Part shown: positions 27,775 to 37,500 of the stretch, one piece after another
How positions within the stretch are numbered: the first letter of the stretch is position 1
Layout: the number at the start of each line of letters is the position of its first letter
Virus record (IMG/VR): IMGVR_UViG_3300043652_000004
Span: 1 to 50,179 of that record
DNA: 50,179 nt
Source of the DNA: a virus
Taxonomy: Duplodnaviria; Caudoviricetes
Reading direction: 5' to 3' (one strand)
Made by a program: the position numbers and the translations under genes
The notes under the pieces: generated by a model
Database searches by the model: none
What the model saw: only the letters and a program-made list of their open reading frames with translations
Told to the model about the DNA's origin: nothing

Positions 27775-28277
27775 CCACGCACCGCCCTTACTCCGTTACC
27801 GGCAGCGTACAGTTGCGAAAGCAGTTGATCAACATACGGTATGGTCGGCAGCGGATTGGCAGCTATGGAGCTATCGTACTTGAATTCCAATGGACCGATC
27901 TTCTTATCGGTGAGCGCGCCAGCTACGTTCGCTTGAATAAGCGGGTAAAAATCTATCGTTTGCGCGGCGATAGCAAGTTCCATCTGGGCAGTCTTTAGCT
28001 GCGCCGGTATCGCAGTGTTGGAGAAACACCCAGTGTCGTCCAGCCATACATAGTTCCTGGGCCAACTCAATGCTTGATCAGTGTAGGTACGATTCCCTCT
28101 ATACCTCGATGCCCGCGCCTCGATATAACGCATTGCCTTTACCAGCAGGATTTCTCTAGCCGCGCCATCGCTGGGCAAGGTCGCGCCGATAGTCGCCGCG
28201 TAGGCTGTAAGGTCACCATCCGACACGTAACTGTTAGCGTTGGGAACATCCGAGCCATCTTCCACTACCAGCGCCAT
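27771..28277 (-). CDS. Head-tail adaptor (DnaT-like family)
   Basis: MALVVEDGS.VPNANSYVS, QALSWPR, IP.QLK.AQMELA. Confidence 0.85.
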   Translation of the reverse strand: MALVVEDGSDVPNANSYVSDGDLTAYAATIGATLPSDGAAREILLVKAMRYIEARASRYRGNRTYTDQALSWPRNYVWLDDTGCFSNTAIPAQLKTAQMELAIAAQTIDFYPLIQANVAGALTDKKIGPLEFKYDSSIAANPLPTIPYVDQLLSQLYAAGNGVRAVRG

Positions 28278-28292
28278 TTCGTTCTCCCGAAA

Positions 28293-28317
28293 CTGCCCCG
28301 GCACTACACCGGGGCAG
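28293..28317 (-). terminator. GC-rich hairpin after the capsid-region genes
   Basis: CTGCCCCGG-7nt-CCGGGGCAG with a short U run on the minus strand. Confidence 0.5.
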
Positions 28318-28334
28318 TGATCCGTACCACCCAG

Positions 28335-28676
28335 TTACTCTGCTTCCTGCGCTGCCTTGTTGGCCGGGCTACCCGGATGATCCGGGTTGTTAGCCTTAAA
28401 GGCATCCAGATGCTCGGCAAACGTGGGACCATCTTCACCCCACTTCGCCTTGCTTTCGTGGGTCCACGCCTTGTCCTGCTTGGCACTTTCCACAAACTCG
28501 CGGTCGCCCGTGGTCATATCCTCGGGGTAGAACTTCTTGCGCCGCGATTCCTCCAACTCCTGCTGCTGCTTCTCGGCAGCGAGCTGCTCCGGACGCTTCC
28601 GCTGCTGTTGCTGCTTTTTGTCATCAGCGGGCTTGGACGTATCGCCATTGTTGGCGGTTTTGTCATTAGTTGCCAT
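28335..28676 (-). CDS. Charged hypothetical protein downstream of the capsid gene
   Basis: AGGAG RBS; 113 aa. Confidence 0.7.
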   Translation of the reverse strand: MATNDKTANNGDTSKPADDKKQQQQRKRPEQLAAEKQQQELEESRRKKFYPEDMTTGDREFVESAKQDKAWTHESKAKWGEDGPTFAEHLDAFKANNPDHPGSPANKAAQEAE

Positions 28677-28702
28677 GTTGCGTACTCCTATTGCGGCGTC
28701 GA

Positions 28703-29722
28703 TTATGCGTTGACGACCAAGAACGCCATCGGGATGATCTTGCGTGCAACCACGCGCTGCCAGTTAGTAGCGAGTTTGAGATCGGCCCATGTGGGGGAGA
28801 TGCCGGGACCGGTGATCGTCGCACCCAGCCACTTATAGCCGAACGGGTGGATCACCCACGTCCTACGACTCCACAGCGTTTCGATGCCGCCACCATTACC
28901 ACGATCAGGCGAACGGTAATACTCGAACGGAACCTTTACCGTACCATTGCCGTAGCCGAAAGCACCCTGACCATACAGCGCGCACAGATACTGCAGATTC
29001 GCACCCGTGCCCGTGCCGACGGTTGGCATTCCATCATCCACCAGCAGCACCTTGCCCATGTATGTGGGAATGACGAGCTGGCCGAGCGCGTTCGGGATGA
29101 ACTGAATCAACTGCTGCTTCACCAGCGAAGCGTAAATCACGCTGTGCATGGCGATAGCCCCGATCTTGTTCAACCGATCACCCAGCGTCATGACGCCACC
29201 GACGAAAGCGTTGGCGCTGAACTGGTTGGCACTTGTGACAGTGCCGGTAGCGAGCGAGATGTCGTAGATCATATCGCTGGCGTTGTCGGCCTTGTTGTCG
29301 TTGTAGATGCCGATGGTAGTTGAGATCAATCGCTTCTGGAGCTGTTCTACCCAGTATTGATCGATGTGCGTCGCCACGAAACGCAGCGGATCACTGCCTG
29401 CCAGCGCCGCCACGAGATCGGCAGCCTGGAAGCCCTCGGCCAGAAACGCCTTGCGGGCGATCTGCTCGGCCGCGCTGACCTTTGCCGGGGTTGCGATGTC
29501 AGTGTAGACGTCGTTCGAGTAGCTGGGCTCGGTGCTGGAATCGAGCGGCAGCCAGAACGGCATATCGGTGAGAGAACCAGGACCGCTAGCCAATTCGTTC
29601 ATCTGGCCATTCGTGACCATGATGCCCGACTTGACGAATGCAGTGCTGACGATGGAGTCTTCTACCTGATACGAAGCGAAGATCTCAGGTACGAAGACAT
29701 CCGAGAGTTGCGTAGTTGCCAT
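28703..29722 (-). CDS. Major capsid protein
   Basis: TTQLSDVFVPE, MPFW, AGSDP, GNGGG.ETLW.R..W.IHP.G, NWQRV..RK.IP. Confidence 0.92.
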   Translation of the reverse strand: MATTQLSDVFVPEIFASYQVEDSIVSTAFVKSGIMVTNGQMNELASGPGSLTDMPFWLPLDSSTEPSYSNDVYTDIATPAKVSAAEQIARKAFLAEGFQAADLVAALAGSDPLRFVATHIDQYWVEQLQKRLISTTIGIYNDNKADNASDMIYDISLATGTVTSANQFSANAFVGGVMTLGDRLNKIGAIAMHSVIYASLVKQQLIQFIPNALGQLVIPTYMGKVLLVDDGMPTVGTGTGANLQYLCALYGQGAFGYGNGTVKVPFEYYRSPDRGNGGGIETLWSRRTWVIHPFGYKWLGATITGPGISPTWADLKLATNWQRVVARKIIPMAFLVVNA

Positions 29723-29745
29723 AACGGCTTACTCCAAGTTGGTGG

Positions 29746-30516
29746 TTACAACCCCATGAATGGGGCGTCTGCAGCTTTTTTCTCCGCCTCTTTCTTCGCT
29801 ACGGCTACCAGCCGATTGAATTCTTGAGGGTTCTTTTTCAGCAGCTCTGCACGTTCTTTTGAGTTCATCTCGTTCAGAGGTTTGGTAGCACCGCCACCTT
29901 TCTTACCGGGAGTAGCATCAGCACCGCTGCCGCTTCCACCCTGCGCACGCATTATAGGCGCATACTTTTCATTTTTGTAGTACTCTTCTTTCAGCTCGTC
30001 AATGGTAACTGCCGATGGCTTACCATCCCTAGTCAATACGCGAGTCACCGGCTCGCCATCGACGATTTCCACCTGCAACCTTTGCTTCATGTCGGTAGCG
30101 ATCAGGTCGGGCACCGTACTTATGTCTGCCGCGGCCTGCATAGCCACATCATCGACAAATACCTTGCGCAACGTTTTCTCTAACGACTGGATTCGAGTTT
30201 CGTACTGGGCCTTGGACTCGCCCAGCTTGCGCTCGTAATCCTTTTCGAGACTGGCCCGCGCCACCTGTACGTCGCCATTCTGCTGCGACCGCAGCGTCTC
30301 TACTTCCGACTGCAACGACAACGCTTGCGTGCGAGCATCGTCGCGCTCTCGTTCTGCAATCTTCCGCAGCCCAGCTTCGTGCTCCTTCGCCCTCTTCAAT
30401 GGGCCAGCATCGTCATCTTCGATCTGCAGGTGATACTTGCCATCGGCTTCTTGCTTGTACTCACCCTTGACCACGTCGTTGAGGCCATCCAAGTTATCGA
30501 GGATCTTCTTTAACAT
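29746..30516 (-). CDS. Capsid scaffolding protein
   Basis: Coiled coil; LKRAKEHE, RVL..DGKPSA.TIDEL; immediately upstream of the capsid gene. Confidence 0.85.
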   Translation of the reverse strand: MLKKILDNLDGLNDVVKGEYKQEADGKYHLQIEDDDAGPLKRAKEHEAGLRKIAERERDDARTQALSLQSEVETLRSQQNGDVQVARASLEKDYERKLGESKAQYETRIQSLEKTLRKVFVDDVAMQAAADISTVPDLIATDMKQRLQVEIVDGEPVTRVLTRDGKPSAVTIDELKEEYYKNEKYAPIMRAQGGSGSGADATPGKKGGGATKPLNEMNSKERAELLKKNPQEFNRLVAVAKKEAEKKAADAPFMGL

Positions 30517-30551
30517 GATACGTTACTCCTAGGGCACCGCCCTTTAGGGGG

Positions 30552-32291
30552 TCACCGACCCGTTGATGGTTTCCGAGGTATCTGCCCCGGCGACTTCTTT
30601 TGCATCTTCGCTGCCTTCCTACGTTTGTTCGGGGCCAGTGGGCTTACTGGGTCTCCGTTCACATTCGACACCGGCGGCTCCGTCTTATTGCCCGGCGCAC
30701 CCGGCTCTACTCCCAGCGGGGCTGGGTATTCTTCTAATTGATCCATAGCTTCGTCGTCATCTACAGTGGCGATATTGCCCTTGCGCAGTATCGACCGCGC
30801 CTCGGGGAATGTGATAAGGCCAGCCTGCCACTCCAGCAACAACTGTTGCCGATCCAACGTGCTCATACGCAGCACGTCGAAGTTTGTATTCACCAAGTAC
30901 GCAGCATCCTTCACCAATACGCCTACATATGCGCCCGCTGCACGTAGCGCGAACGCATAGGCTTTGGTGATATTCTTCGCTGCGGTCATCAGCAGCGAAG
31001 TTTCCGATTCGTCGTCCAGGCCCGCTTCCTTCGCTGAACGCTGCACGTAGTTACCCTGCACCAGTCGCGCACCCAGCGAAATGGCATCCTCTTTTTTCTG
31101 CTTCATCGCTTCCAGGGATAGTTGCGATTCCTGCAACTGCAACAGCTTCGCATCTGCTTTCTCGGGTAGTAATATAGGATTGGTGCTACCCAGTACCACT
31201 GTGCCGCCCATCACTTCGTCAACCCAATTCTTACTTAGCCCTATCAGCACCGGCGTGGGCTGACCCAGAACATACACCATTTCCTCAAAGTCACAAGAAT
31301 TACGAAAGTGTGCGATGTTCAGATTGGCCAGGTCCAGCAGCGGCATGGGGCCAACATCCGAATCATTGTTCTTAGCGCCCACAAATGTGAATGGTATGTA
31401 CTTGAAAGGTTTACGGCTCTTACCGGTAAGCGGCTTGACTAACTTGCCTACTTCCATAGCGCTGGTGTCCACCTTCTGCCTGTACACCTGTACGGTATAC
31501 TCACCAGCATCATCCAACCGCAGTACCCGCCACTGTGGGCCGTAAGTCACGGCGAAGCCATCGTCATCCACTGGGTACTGTTCCAGTAACACCACCAACG
31601 ACAACCTCTTTATGCCGTTGATCGTTGTCGTGCGCCAGTTGATAATTTCTTCCGCCCGATATGTAATCAAAGTGGGGCGAACCTCCCCCGACAATTCTTG
31701 TAACCGCGTTGTATCAGCATTAGTTTGCGGGTAATCAACGAATATGCCGACGCGGCCCGTGGTCAGTACCTCAGCCAACAATCCCTGCGCCTGCTGATCC
31801 ATAGTCAAGCCGCTACCATCTACATCGTTGTACAACACCAGCAATTCTTCAGGAAGCGTAACGATAGGCTCTTTACTGAACACGGTGCCGACCATACCGT
31901 CACGAGTACGCCCAGTGAAATTATAGTAGTTGCCGCGGGTCAGATAATCCCTGTTACGCTGTAAGTTATCGAGGCTGCTATCCATCGGGTTGATAGCGGG
32001 CACGTACGGACTAATGGAAATGGGCTGCCCCGAAACCGGCATGAGCGATGGATATTGATTCGCCGCTGCCGCGATAGCCTGCTGCCCCGCACATGCGTCA
32101 CGCATTAACTGCCATGTGAGCAAATTGTCGTTAACTTCCGAGCGAACATAATTCACATTCGGCGTCGGCTCGGCGGCCTTTTTCTTCTTGCGCTTTGTAC
32201 CAGTGCTGTCTACATTCGACGTAGACTGCACTTGATTGCTGGGTGTGGAACCCGCAAGGTAGGGCTGATTTGGCACGTAAACAGTAGACAT
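30552..32291 (-). CDS. Portal protein (DUF4055-like)
   Basis: YYNFTGRT, DVDGSG, GRVGIFVDYP, IINW, IPFTFVG, PLLDLANLNIAHFRNS. Confidence 0.9.
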   Translation of the reverse strand: MSTVYVPNQPYLAGSTPSNQVQSTSNVDSTGTKRKKKKAAEPTPNVNYVRSEVNDNLLTWQLMRDACAGQQAIAAAANQYPSLMPVSGQPISISPYVPAINPMDSSLDNLQRNRDYLTRGNYYNFTGRTRDGMVGTVFSKEPIVTLPEELLVLYNDVDGSGLTMDQQAQGLLAEVLTTGRVGIFVDYPQTNADTTRLQELSGEVRPTLITYRAEEIINWRTTTINGIKRLSLVVLLEQYPVDDDGFAVTYGPQWRVLRLDDAGEYTVQVYRQKVDTSAMEVGKLVKPLTGKSRKPFKYIPFTFVGAKNNDSDVGPMPLLDLANLNIAHFRNSCDFEEMVYVLGQPTPVLIGLSKNWVDEVMGGTVVLGSTNPILLPEKADAKLLQLQESQLSLEAMKQKKEDAISLGARLVQGNYVQRSAKEAGLDDESETSLLMTAAKNITKAYAFALRAAGAYVGVLVKDAAYLVNTNFDVLRMSTLDRQQLLLEWQAGLITFPEARSILRKGNIATVDDDEAMDQLEEYPAPLGVEPGAPGNKTEPPVSNVNGDPVSPLAPNKRRKAAKMQKKSPGQIPRKPSTGR

Positions 32292-32302
32292 GTTGTAGGT
32301 TC

Positions 32303-33820
32303 CTATCGCGCCCGTACTACCTTGATGTTCTTGGCTGTTCTATCCACGCCCGCAAGTATGCGGTAGCGAGTACCATCCCAAGGATGATCTTCTGCATCCG
32401 AATCTACATCGTCTGGGTCATCTTCGTCACGGGGCAACACGGGTATCGTACCAGTGGCTCCGGCACAATGCGACATAAAGTAGATGCCCGGCCCCTCGCC
32501 GGTTATCGACGCTTCTAGGCGATCTCGCATCAACTGCACGCCGATAATTCTACTGCCCGCGCCCTTGTCGCTCACATCCCAGTACACATCCTCATCGCTC
32601 ATCAACTTTTCAATTGTTTCTGTCTTACGCTCGTACACGTTGCGAATCTGATTATCAGCTGGCCCCAAAGCTACCTTGCCTGATATCCACCTACCTTCTC
32701 GCAACATTTTTTCCTTCGAGTTGATGCCTACGGCTACATCCTTGGCCGACATCAACAATCCTTTATTCGTACCGATTTCTCTTGTACCGTACCATTCATG
32801 CACCAATATGAGCGAGCCACGTTGTGGGGTAAACGTGGTGCCATCCGGCATCTTTACTTCCTCACCGTTTGCTACCGCCCACCAGCCAACCCAGAATGGG
32901 TGGGTCGAACCCCAATCCATCGAACGGTCCACGTACCAGCCGGCAGGAATCTTGAAGCGCGGCTTGATGTGAACCTCAGGCCTCCATACGTCGTCGAACG
33001 CGCCACCGGCTACGACATCCCAGTCGCCCCAGAGCCATGCCTTGCGCTTGTTGTCATCCGTAATGCTTTCTAGCTCGGCCACGTACTCGGGAGATAGAAA
33101 TATGTTCTCTTTATAGCTGCCGAATATGCGAATCTGGGTACGCGCTATGTCCTCGCGTTGCTGCGTGCGCGGGTTGAACACATTCACGACCTTGGCAGTA
33201 ATCTCGCCGGGCGCAGACACGTCGATAAACCGACGCTTGACCCAGTTATGCCCAGGACCGAAAGGGTTTGTTGTACTGAATACTTCCAGCGGTATTTCTG
33301 GTAGCAGCTTACCATCCGGTAATGGATATTGGCTTGGTATGAACGATGTACGATTGCACGACATCATGGCATCGTAGAGTTCACTTGTCGGGTATTTCGT
33401 TAACTCATTCCAACCAAGGTAAGGGTATTCATGGCCATGGTAATTCCAGTAATCAGCGAGCCGTTTTATGTGCCGGAACAAAAGTTCCTCACCTGTCGGC
33501 CACATCCACCTGCCGCCGCCGCCAGCACCGCTGAATCGTGCACCGTCGTTAAATTCTGTAAACCAACGCTGGCTCTTACCAATAAGGTCATCGAGATTCT
33601 TATACTGCCGATCGAAAATAATCCCCCGCCAGAATCGGCCATAGCCCAGCCCGACTCTACTGCGAAAGCGCATCAACTGCACGTCGGTCTTGCCCGGCCC
33701 ACGCGTGCCCTCGAATAGAATGTGATTACACGGTGCCGTCAACGCAATTTCCTGGCTGCCCCGCAAGGGAGCCCAGACTACGCGGGGCATTACCGCTGCG
33801 CTGGCGTTACTTGCGAACAT
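32303..33820 (-). CDS. Terminase large subunit
   Basis: GTRGPGKT Walker A, WNELT Walker B, TTNP.GPGH.WVK, MDWG and EDH.WD..RY nuclease motifs. Confidence 0.95.
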   Translation of the reverse strand: MFASNASAAVMPRVVWAPLRGSQEIALTAPCNHILFEGTRGPGKTDVQLMRFRSRVGLGYGRFWRGIIFDRQYKNLDDLIGKSQRWFTEFNDGARFSGAGGGGRWMWPTGEELLFRHIKRLADYWNYHGHEYPYLGWNELTKYPTSELYDAMMSCNRTSFIPSQYPLPDGKLLPEIPLEVFSTTNPFGPGHNWVKRRFIDVSAPGEITAKVVNVFNPRTQQREDIARTQIRIFGSYKENIFLSPEYVAELESITDDNKRKAWLWGDWDVVAGGAFDDVWRPEVHIKPRFKIPAGWYVDRSMDWGSTHPFWVGWWAVANGEEVKMPDGTTFTPQRGSLILVHEWYGTREIGTNKGLLMSAKDVAVGINSKEKMLREGRWISGKVALGPADNQIRNVYERKTETIEKLMSDEDVYWDVSDKGAGSRIIGVQLMRDRLEASITGEGPGIYFMSHCAGATGTIPVLPRDEDDPDDVDSDAEDHPWDGTRYRILAGVDRTAKNIKVVRAR

Positions 33821-34253
33821 CTTCTTTCAGTTTCCGTTGGCTCTTGATAGCCATCTTTTCCCACTCTTCCTGAGTCGTGCCGAACGGCACCAACATCACA
33901 CCGCGTACATTGTCGTCGCCGGGGTCCTTATCCTCCGGGTACATGTCATAGATTTCGGCCAGCTCGCGCAGCGCAGTATTCCGAGCGGCGTGGGTAGCAT
34001 TCTTGTCGAAAGCTATGTCGATCCAACCCGCGATGATGCGCTGCGGGGTGATCATATCTTTTAGGTCGGACTCGTCAGTACGGCGTTTGATCTCTTGCAG
34101 TATGTGTTCATCAGCCATCCACACCTGCACCTGCCGCTTGACTGTGATACGACTGACCCCCACTCGCAACGCCGCTGCATGGGCGTCGCGATCCACCAGG
34201 AATTCGTCTATAAAGCGTTCCTGCGGATCGGGTTTCTGGCTGCGCTTAGTCAT
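33807..34253 (-). CDS. Terminase small subunit
   Basis: F.DEFLVD.DA..AA.RVG helix-turn-helix; directly upstream of TerL. Confidence 0.85.
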   Translation of the reverse strand: MTKRSQKPDPQERFIDEFLVDRDAHAAALRVGVSRITVKRQVQVWMADEHILQEIKRRTDESDLKDMITPQRIIAGWIDIAFDKNATHAARNTALRELAEIYDMYPEDKDPGDDNVRGVMLVPFGTTQEEWEKMAIKSQRKLKEDVRK

Positions 34254-34271
34254 ACCACACTCCTTCGGGGT

Positions 34272-34296
34272 CCTAGCCGCCGCAGTGGCGGCTAGG
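34272..34296. terminator. Perfect 10-bp stem hairpin between lysis genes and terS
   Basis: CCTAGCCGCC-GCAGT-GGCGGCTAGG; short T run on the plus strand only. Confidence 0.45.
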
Positions 34297-34309
34297 TTTG
34301 CCGATGCGC

Positions 34310-34483
34310 TTATCTCTGCGCCTTACCAGCGTCATCCCACGCTTGCTTGCCCGCTGCGTACTGTGCCTGCGCCGTCGCCCACGCAGCCGGGTCGTTCGCC
34401 TTGACCTTGTTAGCCAAGTCAATCACGCCTTCTGCCAGCGGCAGCAACTTCAACAACGCTTCGATCAGCTCGGTGGTTTCCAT
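34310..34483 (-). CDS. Small protein (57 aa, not in ORF track), lysis-cassette associated
   Basis: METTELIEALLKLLPLAEG...AGKAQR*; TAATG coupling to the lipoprotein gene. Confidence 0.65.
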   Translation of the reverse strand: METTELIEALLKLLPLAEGVIDLANKVKANDPAAWATAQAQYAAGKQAWDDAGKAQR

Positions 34484-34803
34484 TACTGGTTACTCCCATA
34501 CTTGGCGGCGAGAGTCGTGAGTTCTGACAATGCCGCGGTGAATGCTTGCGACTTCAGTTGTTCGGAAGTCGGTGGATTGGGGGCCGTACAAACCGGCGTG
34601 GTCACTGCTAGGGCTTGGTCCACCGCCGAAACTTCGGTAGGCGATAGCTTGCTGCGCTGCATCGCCAGCACGCTTGTTGCCGTGCCGATGCTTCCACAGG
34701 CTAGCGTAGCGTCTTGCTGTGTGCTCATGTTACTGCACGACGCGCCCATCGTTACCAGCCCTACTAACATAAGGGCTGCGATCATATACTTCAGTTTCTT
34801 CAT
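34483..34803 (-). CDS. Lipoprotein, possible spanin-like lysis accessory
   Basis: Signal peptide with GASC lipobox. Confidence 0.65.
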   Translation of the reverse strand: MKKLKYMIAALMLVGLVTMGASCSNMSTQQDATLACGSIGTATSVLAMQRSKLSPTEVSAVDQALAVTTPVCTAPNPPTSEQLKSQAFTAALSELTTLAAKYGSNQ

Positions 34804-35102
34804 TGCTGCTGCTCCTTCTGAGTGGCATTTTCTGCATCTGCAGACACCTGTGCCACGTTGGGGTTAGCGGATGGTGTAGCCGCTGACATTCGACTATTGG
34901 CGACCGCCGCGTCGCGGCTACTGCCAAAGAAGAAACCTACCACGTCGCCAAACTTCGCGGCCAGGATTCCGAATATGATGTTTGCAAGATCTCGGTTATC
35001 GACCGGTATAGCGTGGAACACCAGCAAGTACACAAGTCCGCAAAATGATAGAGTTGTGACTGTGCCTACCGCGAAACTCAAACTATCATTCTTGGTGATC
35101 AT
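34800..35102 (-). CDS. Putative holin (two TM helices)
   Basis: IP..NRD..NI.FG.L......VV.FFFGSS. Confidence 0.65.
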   Translation of the reverse strand: MITKNDSLSFAVGTVTTLSFCGLVYLLVFHAIPVDNRDLANIIFGILAAKFGDVVGFFFGSSRDAAVANSRMSAATPSANPNVAQVSADAENATQKEQQQ

Positions 35103-35463
35103 AGTCTTCCCCTAAATCCGGTAATTCTACTGTTTTACCAGCCAATGCGTGCGTGCAATCAGTAAGAAACTCAATTCGCCCCTCGCGTACGAAGCTATGG
35201 CAGACTTGCGGCTTACCCGGTATGTCGTGCCCTTGCCACTTACTAAGTATTGAGGGTAAAAATGTGGGCTTTTCCATATCGCCATTGAACTGCCACCGCG
35301 GGCCATCGTTACTTGGGTCGGGCTCTACTCCAGGTGGGGTCCAATACACGGGCAAAATTACGTGACCAGCAGCCTGCCTTTTCAAAAGTTTGCAGCCGGG
35401 GCAGATAAACAGAATACCGTAGATTTCATTAGTGCCTGCGTACTTGATTATCCGCGCTTTCAT
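35086..35463 (-). CDS. DUF6527-like protein
   Basis: FICPGC, WQFNGD.EKPTF.PSIL, CHSFVREGRIEFL.DCTHALAG. Confidence 0.8.
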   Translation of the reverse strand: MKARIIKYAGTNEIYGILFICPGCKLLKRQAAGHVILPVYWTPPGVEPDPSNDGPRWQFNGDMEKPTFLPSILSKWQGHDIPGKPQVCHSFVREGRIEFLTDCTHALAGKTVELPDLGEDYDHQE

Positions 35464-35993
35464 TTCACATTCCCCATGTAGCCCGGTAGCCAGCCTTTCG
35501 CCAATCGCAACCTAACTAAGTCTGCCGCCTCGTCCTTCGTAATCTTGCCGTCCGAATTCTCATCGAGCCGGCTGTTCTGGCGATATGGGGTGCCGCCACT
35601 GAAGAGGATAGCGTCGCCGCTCGCGCCGATGTAATGCGGGGCCAGAATCGCCATGTACATATCCCCAAACCCGCGAATGCGACCAGCATAAGGCTTGAAG
35701 TATTCATACACCGGCCCGAGCATCTGCTCGACTGCGCTCATTGCTTCTACCTGTTCTACGGTGTACCCAAGCCCCGGTATAGTAGTCTTGGGCATGAATT
35801 GAATGAGGCCTATTGCACCGCTGCCCGCTAAGTTTTTCACGGTGGGGCTGAATGTTTCGGCACTCTCGAATGCTACGCACGTCAGCAGCCAACTGCCGAA
35901 GTCCGTCGGCATGGCCAGCTTTTGCACCGTCTCGAGCGTTGCCATTGCCAATGCGTCGCCCGCCTTACCTGCCCATGCCATTAACATTGTCAT
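35460..35993 (-). CDS. Endolysin (lysozyme-like/lytic transglycosylase)
   Basis: FES..TFSP...N..GSGAIGLIQFMP.T, Y.QN..LD.N.DGKIT..E. Confidence 0.85.
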   Translation of the reverse strand: MTMLMAWAGKAGDALAMATLETVQKLAMPTDFGSWLLTCVAFESAETFSPTVKNLAGSGAIGLIQFMPKTTIPGLGYTVEQVEAMSAVEQMLGPVYEYFKPYAGRIRGFGDMYMAILAPHYIGASGDAILFSGGTPYRQNSRLDENSDGKITKDEAADLVRLRLAKGWLPGYMGNVK

Positions 35994-36002
35994 AATTCCT
36001 GT

Positions 36003-36078
36003 AAAAGAAAGTGCAGCGGCGTGGCGTTAAGCCTAACCTTGCCTTGGACTAATCAGCAAGTTGCCCGCCGCCGCACTT
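36003..36078 (-). terminator. Long branched stem-loop with U tract upstream of the endolysin
   Basis: 13-bp outer stem AAGUGCGGCGGCG/CGCCGCUGCACUU running into UUUCUUUU. Confidence 0.5.
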
Positions 36079-36087
36079 ATTCTTCAC

Positions 36088-36447
36088 TTACTGCTGCGGC
36101 GCGGCCGGGGTGTTCGCCGTGATGGCGTCGGCCAGAGCTTGGTCGTTCGCACCGATCTTGTCGCTGAGTGCTTGAACCTGCGACATGTCGCCCGATGCAA
36201 TCGCGGCGTCGAGTTCTGTCTTCAACGATTGCAGCAGGGCGATAGCCGAGCCGGTGACGGTGGTGTTCTGCTCGACGTTTGTCTTGAGACTATCGATTTC
36301 GCCTGACATTTCCTTCTCCTGTTTTGCAAGTAGCCGCAGCAACCCTGCGGTTTCACGGGTGTTCGCGAGAATTGCATCCATCTTGCCGTCCATCTCTCGC
36401 AGTAATTGACGACTGGATTTCCTAAGTGGCCACATCTTGTTCTCCAC
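36088..36447 (-). CDS. Coiled-coil hypothetical protein
   Basis: L...V..NTTV..SAIALL..L...L.AA...LA.AI.ANTP pattern; start uncertain. Confidence 0.7.
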   Translation of the reverse strand: MENKMWPLRKSSRQLLREMDGKMDAILANTRETAGLLRLLAKQEKEMSGEIDSLKTNVEQNTTVTGSAIALLQSLKTELDAAIASGDMSQVQALSDKIGANDQALADAITANTPAAPQQ

Positions 36448-36718
36448 TTTGTTTGTAGCGTTTACAGCTTTCTCTTGCTGCCCAGCGAAATAGCTCGGGG
36501 TCGGTGATCTTCACTGCATCTTTCGGGCCGATTGTAACCGAATTAGCCAAGGTCGATGCGATAAGGCCCAGCTCACCCATTTTTGAGTCTACCTGTACCA
36601 TCATATTCATGGCGTGCCTCGCGAGTTCTTCTATTCGTTCTGGAGAACCAGGAATATTCATCCTCTCGGCCAGCGAAATGATGCGCTGAAGGTTTGCACG
36701 TATAGCCTGTCTTTCCAC
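36422..36718 (-). CDS. Hypothetical protein
   Basis: Operon context. Confidence 0.55.
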   Translation of the reverse strand: MERQAIRANLQRIISLAERMNIPGSPERIEELARHAMNMMVQVDSKMGELGLIASTLANSVTIGPKDAVKITDPELFRWAARESCKRYKQSGEQDVAT

Positions 36719-36734
36719 TTCATTGGTCCTATCC

Positions 36735-36956
36735 TCAGTTCTTTCCGAATAGCGTCATCAGTGCGCGACCGAACAACGAAAGCGCACCGACCAAAACACT
36801 CATCACCAGCACCAGCATCCTCCAGCCGCCGCGTGTGCGCGCCAACGCATCCACTACGGGGTCGAGCTTCTTGTCAATGTCCTGTAATCGCAGCTCGACC
36901 GCGTTAATCCTCCCTTCGAGCCTCCCCAATACTCGTTCTTTAGACTCGGTTGTCAT
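36735..36956 (-). CDS. Holin/antiholin-like protein (coiled coil + C-terminal TM)
   Basis: LGRLEG...RGGWRML followed by a hydrophobic helix. Confidence 0.6.
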   Translation of the reverse strand: MTTESKERVLGRLEGRINAVELRLQDIDKKLDPVVDALARTRGGWRMLVLVMSVLVGALSLFGRALMTLFGKN

Positions 36957-37059
36957 GGCCGCAGCCACATGTAGATAAGCGCCATCACACCCATGCCGCA
37001 TAAAAATGCCAGCCACAGTTTCCAGGCACTCGCATGATCAGTATGACGGCGCTTGTTCA

Positions 37060-37500
37060 TTATGCGTCCTTCGGTGCTTGCGGGGCTGCTTCGTCCGGCT
37101 GCCAAGCGCCGATATTGCTACCGTCGCCCGTGCCGCCACCCGCTGCTTTTACGCTAACGGTTTGCTTGGTCATGTTCGACTCGCCCGATACATCCAGCGC
37201 CGTCAACGTTACTCTGTAGTCTCCATCGGCGGGGTAATCTACTTCTACTTCGCCCCCTACCACGCCTTCGTGGCTGCCGGTGTTGTCGCCATAATCCCAT
37301 ATCACCCGGTTTATGGTGCTGCCGTCGTCGGTCGAAGTGTCTTTTAACGTCGCCTTTAATCCATCCGTTGCTACGATAAAGCTCGCCTTGGGGTTGCCCG
37401 GTGGGGGCGGCGGTGGCGCACCGGCGGCGTGCTGAATAAGTACGTCTGGGTAGGTGCCGTCGGAGTTCTGTTGCAGCACCACTGTAATTTGCTTGCTCAT
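37060..37500 (-). CDS. PKD-domain protein
   Basis: P.ASF....DGL.....DTSTD.DG.I....WDYGD...Y...G.Y.VTLT; poly-Pro linker. Confidence 0.85.
   Translation of the reverse strand: MSKQITVVLQQNSDGTYPDVLIQHAAGAPPPPPPGNPKASFIVATDGLKATLKDTSTDDGSTINRVIWDYGDNTGSHEGVVGGEVEVDYPADGDYRVTLTALDVSGESNMTKQTVSVKAAGGGTGDGSNIGAWQPDEAAPQAPKDA

Noticed and set aside
36020-36066. Hammerhead ribozyme (CUGAUUAG resembles CUGAUGAG)
   Set aside because: The core deviates and the required GAAA strand is absent
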